From positions 126,411 to 190,410 of the forward strand of contig JAAOMT010000661.1 in assembly GCA_016748015.1 (NCBI GenBank): DNA of 64,000 bases. The letters are read 5' to 3'. This stretch comes from Geosiphon pyriformis uo1. Taxonomy: Eukaryota > Fungi > Glomeromycota. A program made the translations under genes and the position numbers. The notes below the pieces were generated by a model. The model saw nothing but the letters and a program-made list of their open reading frames with translations. It was not told where the DNA came from and ran no database searches. Shown here in pieces: positions 49,144 through 61,990 of this stretch. How positions within the stretch are numbered: the stretch's first letter is position 1; the number at the start of each line of letters is the position of its first letter.

Positions 49144-50424
49144 ATGTCTCATCCGCCACCTTTTTCTCTCATTTTTGAAGGTCCTTTATCCAATGAAGAA
49201 TTAAAGGAGCTTTACAAAACCCCACCACCTTGTCAGCTATGGTTAACAATAGATGAACTAACCATGCCAAAGACCATTGAAACCCCTTCGAAAAATAAAA
49301 AGCTTCCCAAAGTTCCTAATTCATGGATCCTTTTTCGAAAGAATTATTGTGCTGGTCTGGAAAAATCGCAACCAGGCAAAAAATTTCATGTTCATGAAGT
49401 TTCAAAAAGTGCATCAAAAGCATGGGAGGATTCATCAATTAAGGTGAAAACCTACTTTGCGAAATTATCAAATAAGGCCAGAACCGAATTTGAAAGATTG
49501 TATGGTGATAGTTCGTCCATTGTCCAAAAAAATAACTCTAACCAACCCTTAAATACTGTTCAAAAGCCATGGCCTTATTACAAAAAATCGGTAAAAGTGA
49601 TCAAAGATTCAAAAAGTAAACGCAATCGAAAAAAAGGTGCACAAAAAGATTTTGGGGCAGAGCCTACAAAGGATTCTCTTTTGAACTTGCCAAAAGATGG
49701 AAAAATTCTCACTGAGCTTCCAACAATTGATCACTCTCATACCCAAATCATTTCAAGCATTTCAGAGAGTTCAATAACTAATGAAGTGCCAGCTTGCCAA
49801 ATAAATAGCTCTTGCCAATCGAATTTACTTGATGTTTTCGAACAACTCCCTTCTCTAGAAACAGTTTCAAATCATTTTATTCCTGAAAATCCAAACCAGG
49901 AATACTCTCCTGAAGTCAATCTTCTTGAAATACACTATGACTTTATGAATTCATCAGGTCATTTCTTAAATCGAACATGCGAGAAGCATTTAAATGAGAG
50001 GCTAGGAAGTATTTCACCAAATTCTCACCTATCTGAATATCAAAATATTTCACCTCGAGGTCAAGGTCAAAGAAATAATTCCTTAAATTTACTGCCAAAT
50101 ATCGAAATACTTGCCGATGAAGATAAATCAATTCTTCAAGTCCCGACAAAGCAATTTTTTAGAAACGGGATCTTTGAAAATAACACTTTAAAAAAATCTC
50201 AGCCTGAAGCAAGCTCTCAGGGGTTTGAAAATATTACTCTTTCACAAACAGAAATTTTCGAGAAGAATCCTTCATCTATGTCAAATGAGTCTTCCTTTAC
50301 ATTTTTGGAAGGACTAGAAGTTCGAGACTCACTCGGTTTTGATTTCTTACCGATTGAAGTATCTGAATGCCCTCAAGTTCCAAATTCTTCATTTGAAGAC
50401 GCAACAAATTTCAAATCGTTCTAG
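49144..50424 (+). CDS. MATA-type HMG-box transcription factor
   Basis: PKVPNSWILFRK...EVSKSASKAWEDSSIKVKTYFAKLSNKARTEFERLY, basic NLS-like KSKRNRKK, long acidic S/N-rich tail. Confidence 0.88.
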   Translation: MSHPPPFSLIFEGPLSNEELKELYKTPPPCQLWLTIDELTMPKTIETPSKNKKLPKVPNSWILFRKNYCAGLEKSQPGKKFHVHEVSKSASKAWEDSSIKVKTYFAKLSNKARTEFERLYGDSSSIVQKNNSNQPLNTVQKPWPYYKKSVKVIKDSKSKRNRKKGAQKDFGAEPTKDSLLNLPKDGKILTELPTIDHSHTQIISSISESSITNEVPACQINSSCQSNLLDVFEQLPSLETVSNHFIPENPNQEYSPEVNLLEIHYDFMNSSGHFLNRTCEKHLNERLGSISPNSHLSEYQNISPRGQGQRNNSLNLLPNIEILADEDKSILQVPTKQFFRNGIFENNTLKKSQPEASSQGFENITLSQTEIFEKNPSSMSNESSFTFLEGLEVRDSLGFDFLPIEVSECPQVPNSSFEDATNFKSF

Positions 50425-52229
50425 TTCAATACTCTTTGAAAACCTCCCTTTATAAACATGCCATCCAATCAACTTAATACTTTTCCCAAACTTTCTTCTG
50501 ATTAATGTAGGCTTTCTTAATGAATCACACTGTCTTAAATTTCCTGAAAAAAATAACAATGGAAGTCCTATGAGAAAACATGGAATGAAATCTTAAAACT
50601 AATTAAGAGTCTAATTAAAGAATTCCTAATTTTTAAATTAAGAGTTATATAAGATATTTAAACAGTAAAATGAGGAAATTAATATTTTTAAGATGGTCAT
50701 TTTTACAGAATGGTATTTTTAGTATAGTCAAGAATTTGTCTCAAATGAGATTATTTTCTCAATTTCTAAATAGCAAAAAAATTAAGCAAAATGAGCAGTT
50801 AACACTCCAACATTAGCACAACCTAATCTAAAAGATATGAAAAAATAGTCCAATTTAACGGTTAGCAAATTTTTAGCTTTCACAAGTAATATATATGCAG
50901 CAAAATAGGTGCCTTCTTTGAGAATTGATGGAAAAACTAGAATTTTAATTATTATAAATACCTAATAATTTACTAAAAGATATTCCTAAAAAAATATGCT
51001 TAAGCAATGAGTTTTTATAAATAAATTTATAAAACAAATTTTTTATGATTCACTAAAAACCTTTCACACGTCAAGATTTTCCCGAGGAGGTAATCCCTTT
51101 AAAAAAACCAATCTCAATAAGCATAACTAAATGATTTTTTCTTAAAAAATTTTCAATTTCTTTTAAAAATACTGTTTTCACTTGATAGAAACCAATGGCA
51201 TTTTCCTCTAAATGAAAAAGACAATGATTTAAACACAAGTCGTTAAAAATTAACTTATTTAACAATAGATAATTTTGCCTGCAGATTTTTTGAGGTATAA
51301 ATTATGACTCGTGATCTTAATTCATGTGCACTATAAAGGGCTATTGATTGAAAGTCACGTTTTTTTTGGTTTTACAAGGATCAATAAAAAATGCAGGGGA
51401 TTTTATAAGATAATGACCCAAGAGATCAGTTGTTAATGTAAGGTATCTGAACATTGGATTCTGTCAAGCATTCAAATGCTTAATTCTCCCATGTTTGTCT
51501 AAATTATTTAGGCTGTCCATGCTTTTCTTGATTTTCCAGTTGCTGCTGTGCTGATTATTCTACAGCTGTGCTGATAAAGCGATCACTGTTTGGGCTTCTA
51601 CGTTTCTTCTCACGTCGCTAGCTTTATCAGTTATTTCTGCAGAAATTTTACCGGACAATTGATACTCCCGTAAAAAAGCACAAGTATAAAATCTCACCCT
51701 TGCCAAGTAAAGGTACCTTAAAAAGTTTCCCACTAACACAGCTAATTATTGGTGTTTAGATTTGGGTTTGATTCTAATGGTATTAAATGTGGAATAATAG
51801 CATTTTTTTTAAAAAGATGTTTATTTTGTAAGGCAATAGCTCTAAACGGTAAACCATATTATTATACGAAAAGCCTATTATAAAAACTAACTAAATTTAA
51901 ATTTGATATCATAAATATTTTCAATTTTATTGAACTCTCATTGGAAAAAAAATTCATATGGAACATTTTTATTTCCACTCCTGTATGATTTTGGCAAGAA
52001 ATCCAATCCAATCATGTATTATCAGATTTTTTCTAAAAAAAATTTAATTTTCAATGCTTCATAAATAATCATTGAATAATATATCCATATGAAAATAAAT
52101 ATGGATAACAATTACATAGGCTAATTTTCTGAATCCGGGAGTATACCTTTAAACAAGTTAAAATCTCATCCTGATTTTCAGTAGGATACGAAATTACGCA
52201 AAAAATTATACATCGAATGTAATTAATTT

Positions 52230-52990
52230 TGCTAATTTAAAAATGCCAAACGACATACTTTGTCGAAAATTTCTTAAATTGGACTAGGGGAAACACTATA
52301 TTAGATGAGATTATTCAATTAACTCAAATGGAGTGCTGATTATTTAGAGCGGATCCCTTTCGATCAATTTAAGCCACTTGAATTTTATGGAAAGACACTT
52401 GAGGCATCTATGGAATTCGAATAGTTTTTAGAGCAAAATATAATAAAATTGGTTAAGCTGTAAAATTCTTTTATTTTACAGATTCGACTTTCTCACCATT
52501 GCATTAATCTAGGAGTTTAGCAGATACTTTGGGGTTATACGTTTTTAATGAAATTCTATGAAAACAGCAACTTATGTAATTTAAACCATATACGTGGAAA
52601 TATTTGCTTTGGGGAGTAATTGTTGATCTGGAAAACATTCATCATTCTGATCTTACTATGGTATGATTGAGGACGAGGCAATTTCTACTAATGACAGAAT
52701 ATCCGATACCGGAATTTGGGAGTTCTCCCATTTCTGCGGAGATCGGCCTTTTGCAGATGTCCCACATGAAGGTCACTTTAGCACCCATCAGTGGAAATTA
52801 AAACCCTGGGATAAAGATCCAAAGAAAAGACCAAACTGCCTTTAAACTAAATGAAACTTTTAATCAATGGATTACCGATATTTGTGATAATCCTTTACCG
52901 ACACTCATTCCCAACAGTTTGCTATAATTGAGGAATATAGATGGGTTATTCTAAGATCAAGCGATAATAAGTTTTTGCAAAAAACCAGTT
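52230..52990 (+). pseudogene. Tyrosine-kinase-like (TKL) protein kinase pseudogene
   Basis: Broken frames NFLNWTRGNTILDEIIQ, YLERIPFDQF, IHHSDL, IWEF...DRPFADVPHE and WDKDPKKRP, typical of the Glomeromycota kinase expansion. Confidence 0.7.
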
Positions 52991-54937
52991 ACTTTGAGAA
53001 ATTTTTAATAAACCATTTATGAGAGTTTGCAAATTTAAGAAATCAATTTTTTGGATTTTATTTTAATTTCGTTAATATATTTAAAGAAATTCCATTTTCT
53101 TTTAATTAAAATTTGCATTCTTTTAATTTTTTTAAAAATTTTGTTTAGCAAAATATTTTTGATATTAATTGTATATAATAAATAGTGTTTTCAAAATACA
53201 AAAATATTATTCAATTAGATTATCACAAATTGATTTACATACTTTCAAAAAGTATTATTTATAACCTATTAGTTTAAATTAAGCATAGTAATAAGGCTTT
53301 GCAAGGTGTTTTTATATGTGAAGTTTGATTTTTATTCATTCTATAATGGAAGAGTTTTCAGATGATAATGCATAACGTAGTATGAGTAAAAGAGAGAAAA
53401 TTGAGCTGGTATAAACCCAAAAGGCCATTTAAGAGTCCAATTGGGATTATTACATGACTGTATAGTATAGTTAATAAATCACAAATTGCAATTCACTAGA
53501 TTAAGTATAATTATATAAAAGTGATCTTACAGGTATTGAAATCAATAATAATATCTTTTAATTTAATTATTGAAAACTGGCAATTGTATTAGGATTTTAA
53601 TTAATCAACGATAAATAACGCGAACAATTTTATAATTATTTTGATAATAGGTTAAACCTCAGTTAAAAAATTCAAAGAACTTTGAATTTAAAAATTGACT
53701 GATTAATTATAAAGAGAGTTTGTTTAGCATTGAGGCTTCACTATCTATGATATGATATTATTAACCGCTTCAGAAATTAGTGCTATATATATTTAAGAAA
53801 TTCGGATTTTCAATTCTTTTAAACGGTATTTAGGAATAAGCTATAATTTTTAATTTAATTTAAAATTTTTGCTGTTTTGAAAATAATAGTAAGTAACGGA
53901 AACGAATACAAACTTTTTCACAAACAAGTCTTTACAAATTCCTAAACCTTTAAATATTTGCTGCCATTTTTTATTTATTGGATAAATTTAACTAGATATA
54001 ACTCATGTCTAGAAAGTTATTTTATACAAGCAGAAGATATAAAATTTTCAATCGAGTTATTTTAATAGCAATATTTATATTATCTTCAAATAAATATTAA
54101 AAATAAGATGCAAATGGAAAAATTATTCATTTTTCAATATTTTAATCTCGTGACCTTTTTTCTGCTCCCAAGTTTTGATTGGCCCCTTAATTAGTAATAT
54201 TCAAAGTTTTTGGATATCATCAAGGTTTTGGGTTTAAAAATTAAATAAGCCGTCCCATCTGGAATGATGTAAAACTATCCATCCGGCTATGATGTAAAAC
54301 TACCCGTCAAAGGAAAATGACGGTAAATAAAATCTGACCGTGATCTCTAATGTAAATAATTTTTTTTATTAAAAAATATAGTTTTTTTTACTTTCACTAT
54401 TGGTTTTGTTTTTTTCTTCTTAGACTCATAAGACGCCCATAAACAATTTTTTAATTTACCTCGACTATCTGTTTTTTTTTATGCAAATGCATACTTTCTC
54501 TATTGGTTTCTCTTTCTAAACAACGTCTCTAATGTTAAAACTCATAAACGAGTTTACAATTTACCTGAATATTTGTTTTCATACTTTTCTTTGTCATTGT
54601 TTCTTTTTTCTTTTAGCTTATTATTGGCTCGTGCTACCCAAGGTGAAGAATTATATTTATCAGAAATAAATATACTTAAATATATATTTATAGTAGATAT
54701 AAGTTGTCCAAATAGCGGCTGATAAACCTATTACAATTCATCCCACCAAGTAGACCTGCAAATATGGAAACAGCGAATCCAAAAAACAATGCCTCTAGGA
54801 GTGGTTCTTATAAAGTAAAAGCTTTACAACGGTTAATAATATGATAACAGATTAATATAAGAATTTTAATATGACAGTCTTTAATTCAGAAATTTGATTT
54901 TCTAACTGTAACGTTTCTTTAAAATTTAAAATGTTTA

Positions 54938-55585
54938 TTTTTTTTTTTGCTTAAACGGTGTGATCCAACTACAGCTCATGCTTTTTATACACGTGATAAG
55001 CCACCTGAGCCGATCGAGATCACACTATTCTACGCCACTCAGAGAACCAAATCCTCAACTAATTTAGTCGATTTCCTCATAGTCTAACCACTAAATCCAA
55101 CCGAATTTTAGGTTCAACAAACACCTCAATATGCGATCTTATCTCCACAGAAGGTTTCCAAATCTTTACACGGTGCAGATTTATGAACATCCTAATCAAA
55201 CCCTCAACCCCGGATTTAGTTGAGCTGGAATCAACAATCCATTCCTTAAAAACGAACCCTTTAACCAAATTAGCATACAAATCCATCACCAAATCAGCGC
55301 ATTCCACCAAATCGGGATACATCAACGATGTAAAACTTCGCAAATGCTAGAGCGGATCCAAGGTTTCATAAGAACATCTCCCAAACTCCAAACATTCGCG
55401 TGCGATATCAACTTTGGTGTCTCTATTAGCACAGTAGACAATTCCACCTCACCCTACTTCACTGCTATAAACTTTTTTTCTCTCAGCAACCGGCAAAAGG
55501 CCGTGTAAAGTCTTCATAGCGTATGTACGGAAACCAGCCGTTTTTCGGCTCGTTGTTCCTGATTTCAGATGCGAATCTTGATGCC
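54938..55585 (-). mobile_element. 5'-truncated non-LTR retrotransposon (LINE) 3' end with poly(A) tail
   Basis: Minus strand reads HQDSHLKSGTTSRKTAGFRTYAMKTLHGLLPVAERKK and LYANLVKGFVFKEW...HRVKIWKP, resembling a LINE ORF2 C-terminus. T-run at 54938-54948 is the poly(A). GC content is raised. Confidence 0.65.
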
Positions 55586-56753
55586 TTTGTCAAAATATAA
55601 ATGATATTCATTATTAAAAACCTTTGTTTTCTGATAGTCAAAATATTTAGTTATTTATCCTTAATATTAAAATAAAAGTTTCTAGATATTTTGATAAAAT
55701 TAATTTAATGAAGATATTGAAAAAAACCTTTGAAAATAATACAATGCAAAATCAGTTAATTGAGCTATTTATACTGGTAACATATGCTCTCGACTGTAGG
55801 CAATCATCGGTTTACAAAAAGACAATATTACATGCTTTTAAACATAGTATAATACATAATTATACATTGGTGGCCAGGTATTTTCAAAACTAACTTTCAA
55901 TCGTTTTTAAGTTAACGAAACTAGTCATTTTCATATTTTTATTAAATAATAAAAAAACAAAATACAACACTGTTTTTATAACTTAATATTAATAAAATTT
56001 ACTTCTCAAGTTAAAAATTTAAATTTAAATTTAAAAAATAAAAAAACATCAAAATAGGAAAATAGGAAAAGGATTGGAATTAATTTTTATCGTTACCGAA
56101 AAGAAAGCGTCTTAACTGAGCTGATTCCCGCTCTAAATTCAAAAGGTGTTGAACCAAAAATGGGTGGGGGGTTTTGCTGACTAATTAAGGATTGATTCAA
56201 TTGGAAACTATAATTTTGAGTAAAGTCAATTTGTTTATCAGCTGGGAGAAAGTTTAGACCACTATTCTTCCTAGTGTATTGCAACTGGATAGGCATGATG
56301 GATCTATTTTGTTCTTTTTGAATGGAATTATTCATAATTTCCAAACCTGAATTAAAAGAGGGTGGCATTTCAGATTGTGAATTTGATAGCTGACGAATTT
56401 CTGATGATCCTGGATGTGTTAATGTAAAAGCATTCACATAATCTTTGGTTTGGTTTAATGATGAATTTGCATCGTTCACATTATCATGAGCAAAATTCTG
56501 GTTTTGCTTATTAAAAAAAGTAATTTGTGATGGCTCCACATGACACTCATTTCTGACGAATTGATTTTGATAAAGTTGTTGTTGATAAGAATGTCTGTTA
56601 TCATGACAAATAGGTTGTCCAATAGAGTTTGATCTTTGATAAGGTTGATTTTCGAAATTCATTTTTCTTGAGAAAGTGATTTTTAGAATATAATGAAGTT
56701 TGATTAAATTTCAAACCTCCTTTAAATAAGAATAAATATTGGGGATCTTCATT
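55435..56753. repeat. Left arm of near-identical inverted duplication
   Basis: Reverse complement of 62682-64000 (position sum 119435). ORFs 56093..56662/62773..63342 and 55708..55893/63542..63727 encode identical sequences. Confidence 0.97.
56093..56662 (-). CDS. N/Q-rich 189-aa hypothetical protein (copy 1)
   Basis: ATG-initiated intronless ORF, about a quarter N+Q, TATTTAAA about 60 bp upstream. Confidence 0.65.
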   Translation of the reverse strand: MNFENQPYQRSNSIGQPICHDNRHSYQQQLYQNQFVRNECHVEPSQITFFNKQNQNFAHDNVNDANSSLNQTKDYVNAFTLTHPGSSEIRQLSNSQSEMPPSFNSGLEIMNNSIQKEQNRSIMPIQLQYTRKNSGLNFLPADKQIDFTQNYSFQLNQSLISQQNPPPIFGSTPFEFRAGISSVKTLSFR

Positions 56754-56797
56754 CAATTTCAAATTTACTTTTATATAATTGTCTTACCTAAACAAGT

Positions 56798-59450
56798 CAC
56801 AAAATGACTTGTACTCAACGCTCTGCGAACAGAAACTTCATTATTGCATGATTATTCTTTTTAATTAAATTTAAATTTCGTTTAATAACTAATGAGACAT
56901 ATGAAATTTTAATATTCAGAAATAGAAAATTTGATATTTTAAGAAAATAAAATAATATTGCTGTTGAAAATATAAAACAATTTTTAAAAATACAGAAACT
57001 CATTCCTTATCGATTGGAAAATATAATATAATTAATAAAGTTATTTTATATTGATATAGTAGGTATCTCAGAACAAAAGGATTAAATAGGTAAAAAATTT
57101 AAATGCTATCTCATATTATAATATAAAGATCTCTCCGTGCCGTTATCTTTTTCTTTTCGTCCAAATTTGCATTTTTATTAATAAATTATGCAATATAATA
57201 TGAGAAAGCTTTATTTAAATTAATTTCTTGACAAGATATTAGGATCTTTTTACATTTTATAAATTTACTAAAGATTTCAATTACCAAAGGCTAATAGCGA
57301 ATATTTAATTCTTTAAAAAGTATATTATATTAGAACACAAATTAATTTATATCTTTTATATCTTATTAATTATGTATTCAATTCTTATTTTTTAAAGCTT
57401 CACAGTGATGATTCTGAATTTTAATTTCCCAATTCTTTTATGATATGTTTAAACAGTAAAAAGGTGACAACATAATTTAGAAAAAAGACATTTCCGGCCA
57501 AATGTAAAAATGACAGGAGATATTGAGCAGATATTAACTTTAAATTTTACATTTATTTCTTGATTTTATGTTTAATCATTTTGCCAGTTGGGGCATTTTT
57601 GGACCCCATCTAACTTGCCAAGCCGCGTGAAACTGTTTTCTGACCGCCAAACCTTCAGATCGTTCTAAAAACATCAAGAAAGAAATTGTTGTTTGGCTTT
57701 TTGGCAAAAGATATAATGCATTGTGTGACATACGACATGAGATTTTAAGTCAGGGACGCCTCAAATAAACCATTCTATTTCCTTTGATGGTATATGCACA
57801 TATCTGAATAATGACGCAGGCAAGCGTTACCTCTCTTTTTCACATTGTTTGTTTTATCAGGTTAAAAAGGACTATTTCTGCTGCGGTGTCACTGTGCAAT
57901 GCATCTTTTATTGTGGCCGAAACAAAAATTTATAATGTAAATTCCATGAATATACAATGATGTGGCGAAAATTTTTTCAAGAGATCAGCTGTATCATAAT
58001 GAATTATTGAATTTTTGCTCCAGAAACATTATTTCTTGATATTTTCTAATTAATCGAAACAAAAATAATGAATTTATGAGTCCTAGCATTTAGGGTTTCA
58101 TTGACAGTCAAATTTTCATGAGCTATGTTAAGAGAATATGTTGACTAAATTGATAATTAGCTACCCTTTTTCAGAAAACTTGAAAAATGGAATTTTACAT
58201 TTATCAAATCATTTTGATGTGAAGATAACTGAGCTAAATCAATTACAACGTTTATTTTTGAAGAATAGAGAATACGAGAATCAAAATTTATTTTGCGAAG
58301 AAATCAATTCTTTGTTCTTCATGCAAATAATTAATCCAGCGTTGACAAAGGAAAAATTTATGTCACACTAAAAATTACTTCAGTTTTTAAGAATGAATTT
58401 CAATATAATTACTTGAAGTAATTTTCTAAAAAGGTTGAGAAGAATCGCACAAAGTCTTCTTTAATTGAAATATGGGTTATTCAGGTGATGAGAGAGGAAT
58501 ATTCCTTTGATATAAAGAAACTTGAGATTAGATATCAAATCTGAAATAAAATCATATGCTTCGGATTATAAACCTTTTAATATGTAATTCCAAATTTGGT
58601 TGCAAATAGATAACAACTCACAAAATGACTTGTACTCAACGCTCTGTGGAACAAAAACTTCCGTATTAGATGATTATTCTTTTTCATTGAATGACTATTG
58701 ATCGGCGCGAAGAATTATGAGATTTTAATTTTCAGAAATAGAAAATTTGATATTTTAAAGAAAACCAATTTATTAAAGATTTAAATTACCAAAGGCTAAT
58801 GGCGAATATGTAATTCTTTAAATTTAATAAAAATGAATGCTTATATTTAGAACACAAATTATCTTATAAATTTTATAGTTCATTAATTGTGCATTCAATT
58901 CTCATTCTATAAAGCTCCACCGTGAAGATTTTAGATTTTAATTCCCCAATTCTTCTATCATATGGTTAAACAGCTCCTTTCGCATTACACCCATTTTCAG
59001 TATTTTTCTACATGAAATCAATATTTATACTAAAAAGGGTTATATACAAGCTGCATTCATATGACAACACAATTTAGGAAAAAGTCATATCGAAATATTT
59101 ATTGGTGCAGTTTCTATTAATAACGGTAATCTTTTATTTTTAGTATGATATTGAATGATTATTCTTTTAATTTTTTTTAATGACTAATGAGCTACCCGAA
59201 CGTATTAAAGTTATCAAATTATAATATTCAGAGATAAAAAAATTAATGTTTTAACTCATTCTTAGGCTTCGTCACCCATTAGAAAATATAATATGACGAA
59301 TAAAGTTATTTATATTTATAAAAAATATATATTAGATATTTTAGAACAAAAAAATCAATTAGATTAAAAAACTAATTTATCTTGTTCGCTTTACTTTAAA
59401 TCCGTATTTTCAGTAATGAATTATGCAATATATATCATAGAAAAGCTTCG
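56798..59450. repeat. Older diverged direct duplications of non-coding DNA
   Basis: CACAAAATGACTTGTACTCAACGCTCTG at 56798 and 58619; AAAGATTTMAATTACCAAAGGCTAAT at ~57270 and ~58776; GAAAATATAATAT...AATAAAGTTATTT at ~57017 and ~59282. Confidence 0.8.
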
Positions 59451-60027
59451 CCCAACTTTATTTCCTAACAGGTGAAGCAGCATCCTCTTTTTGCATTCTA
59501 AACCCTAATATTAACATGGCAGTTGTGTAATATATAATTACACAGAATATTCATAAAGTCATACCTCCAAACGGCTGAAAAGTCAAAAATCTCTATTTTA
59601 TGTTTCATTCCTAATTGTTTTGCAACTGAATGTAACTTTAAATTTAATCCTCTATAATTCAAAACAACTACTAGCACCAATGGCTTTTTAATATATTTGA
59701 AGAGCTAAGTGAAAAAAACATCCAATCGAAAGTTTTCCTCGTCAAATTTTCAGATTTTAATTTGGTGAAACGTCACATTAAATTCCTAAACCAATTTGAA
59801 ATAGTCCATTACTATACAGTTGAAAAATAGTTTTTGAATTGCAAAAAATTAATTCCATGCATTTGAATGAACTTCACGGGCATAAATTTTTTCATCATAT
59901 TTGTGATTTGTGGAACCGGTCAAAAAGTAAGATAAAAAGCTACTGCTTTAACAAAAGAATTTTCGAAATAAAATAAAAAAGCTCTTTTTTAATAAAAAAA
60001 CATATCAAAAATCTAGTTATTGGGAAA

Positions 60028-60695
60028 ATGAATCCATTATCAATCAAATTACCCTTCCCACCGATCCTAACTGTCAATGAGTTTTCTCAGCGACTACAAG
60101 AAAAAGCAATAAACAACGAAGTCGAGCTCCCAATTGTTTTTTAATTTATCGTAAATGTTTTATTCAGGAAATGAAACTAAAAGGGATGAATCTTCCTCCA
60201 ATGCCTGAACTATCTGGAATAGTAGGTAAATCATGGAGACAAGAGCCGGAATATGTAAGAAACGAATATAAGCGTCTGGCAACTGAGGCATACCAACTTC
60301 ACCTTCAACATAAACGATTAGCTTCAGAAAGAAATTGGCAGCCCGAGCACTACAGCAAAGATATTGTCACCGTCTCCCGTGAAAATCAAATTGACGTGAA
60401 CAATCGAAATATGCCTAACCCAAATTTTATTATGACAAATGATTTCAATTAAAACAACGAGCCTTCATATCGAAGAGTAAATAATATACCAACATACGGT
60501 CTTCCATCACAATACGCGCCAAACTTTTCGAGCCAAAATTTTGCTCAAGAAAATCATCAATTACCAGTGTATGTTGAAATAACGAATTTTCCTATAAGCA
60601 TTTCAGATAGTCACGGAAATAATTTTGTCATTTTAGAACGAATTGATCAACCAGAAGCTAATAATCAAGAAATGTTCATATGGTACAATTTTTAA
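60028..60695 (+). pseudogene. MATA-type HMG-box gene with a 1-bp frameshift and a premature stop
   Basis: MNPLSIKLPFPPILTVNEFSQRLQEK, then a frame change at the A-run 60101-60105 to KQRSRAPNCFLIYRK...GKSWRQEPEYVRNEYKRLA. TAA at 60450-52 is followed by ~80 more open codons to TAA 60693-95. Confidence 0.85.
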
Positions 60696-61018
60696 AAAAA
60701 AAATCAAAATAAATTCACATGATTTAGAACTTCTTGAAATAGCTCAAAGAAACTTTGATTTAACAATCTTCTAACAAGGCTGCCCTTAAATATATCAAAC
60801 TTCTAGGTATTTCAATTCATTTTTTTATACCTCTATGAATTAATCGCTCTTTGTATTGAATAATTGAGAATTATTTCTATTATTCTTATTGAATCTCGAA
60901 AAAATTAGAAAAAAATTCTATAATCATGTTCAGCAAAGATAGAATTTTTCTATTTTTCAACTGTTATAAATATTCTGGAGCTTAAAATAACTTGCATCAT
61001 AATTTCACATTGAAAGTA

Positions 61019-61320
61019 TTGTTTCAAGATCGCGCGAATTTGATTAGAGTTTATATCTTGTCACTGGTCACCGCGATCGGAACTGCTCTGGATCGAGAAT
61101 CAAGCTATTTCTATAATTATTTTCTTAATCACTCATGCTTGTTTCACGATTGCACGAATTTGATTGGAGTCTATATTTTGTGACTGGTCACCGCGATCGA
61201 AACTGCTTTGGATTGAGAATCAAACTATTTCTATAATTATTCTCCAAACAACTCATAATTGTTTCAAGATCGCGCATATTTGATTGGAGTTTATATCTTG
61301 TGACTAGTCACCGCGATCGG
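61019..61320. repeat. 120-bp tandem repeat, ~2.5 copies
   Basis: TTGTTTCAMGATYGCRC...GTCACCGCGATCG units start at 61019, 61139 and 61259. Confidence 0.92.
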
Positions 61321-61813
61321 GAACCAAAATTTTATTTTTCACACAGATGTATTAATTTTCAGTTTTATTTATGATAATTTAAGAATTTGCATTCGATAAA
61401 CTTTAATACTTTGATATATGTAAAATTATTCCTTTTCTTTTTATTGAGATTACTTTCAAATTATTGAAATAACAGTTGGAAATATGCTAAGATTCTTAAT
61501 GGAAGCTTTATATATTAGTTCTTGAAAGCTTAAAATATTATTAGAAATTCTTAATATAATTCTCTAATTTTGTAGTGACTATAAGAAAAGCAAGATGTTT
61601 CAGGTTTCCTTTTAAAAATTAGTTTTAAACGAGGAGAAAATCTAAATTAAAGTTCCATGAGCAGAAAAAGTCAAATTTTTAATATAAAAGAAGTTCAAAT
61701 TCATCAAGCAATTTAAGATTAGATTGAATTGCGCAATAAAGATTTGATTTTGAAGTAAAGCATTTGAAGAAAATTATTTCTACGATCCGACTCCTAGATA
61801 TGCATGCTATAAG

Positions 61814-61990
61814 ATGAAACATTCACCACGCTATTCTAATGCATTTTTGTCTTTTGGTGGTTCATTCAACTCTCATTTGCAACTACAAAATCTATAAGAG
61901 TGAAAGCTATTCTAAAACAGTTAATAAAGCATGGTGAGATTTAACTCCCGAAGAGCAGTTTAAATTCTGAAACTTAGCATTGCAAAAATT
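61814..61990 (+). pseudogene. Degenerate HMG-box relic
   Basis: MKHSPRYSNAFLSF..., then after a frameshift SKTVNKAW*DLTPEEQFKF*NLA. Confidence 0.6.
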
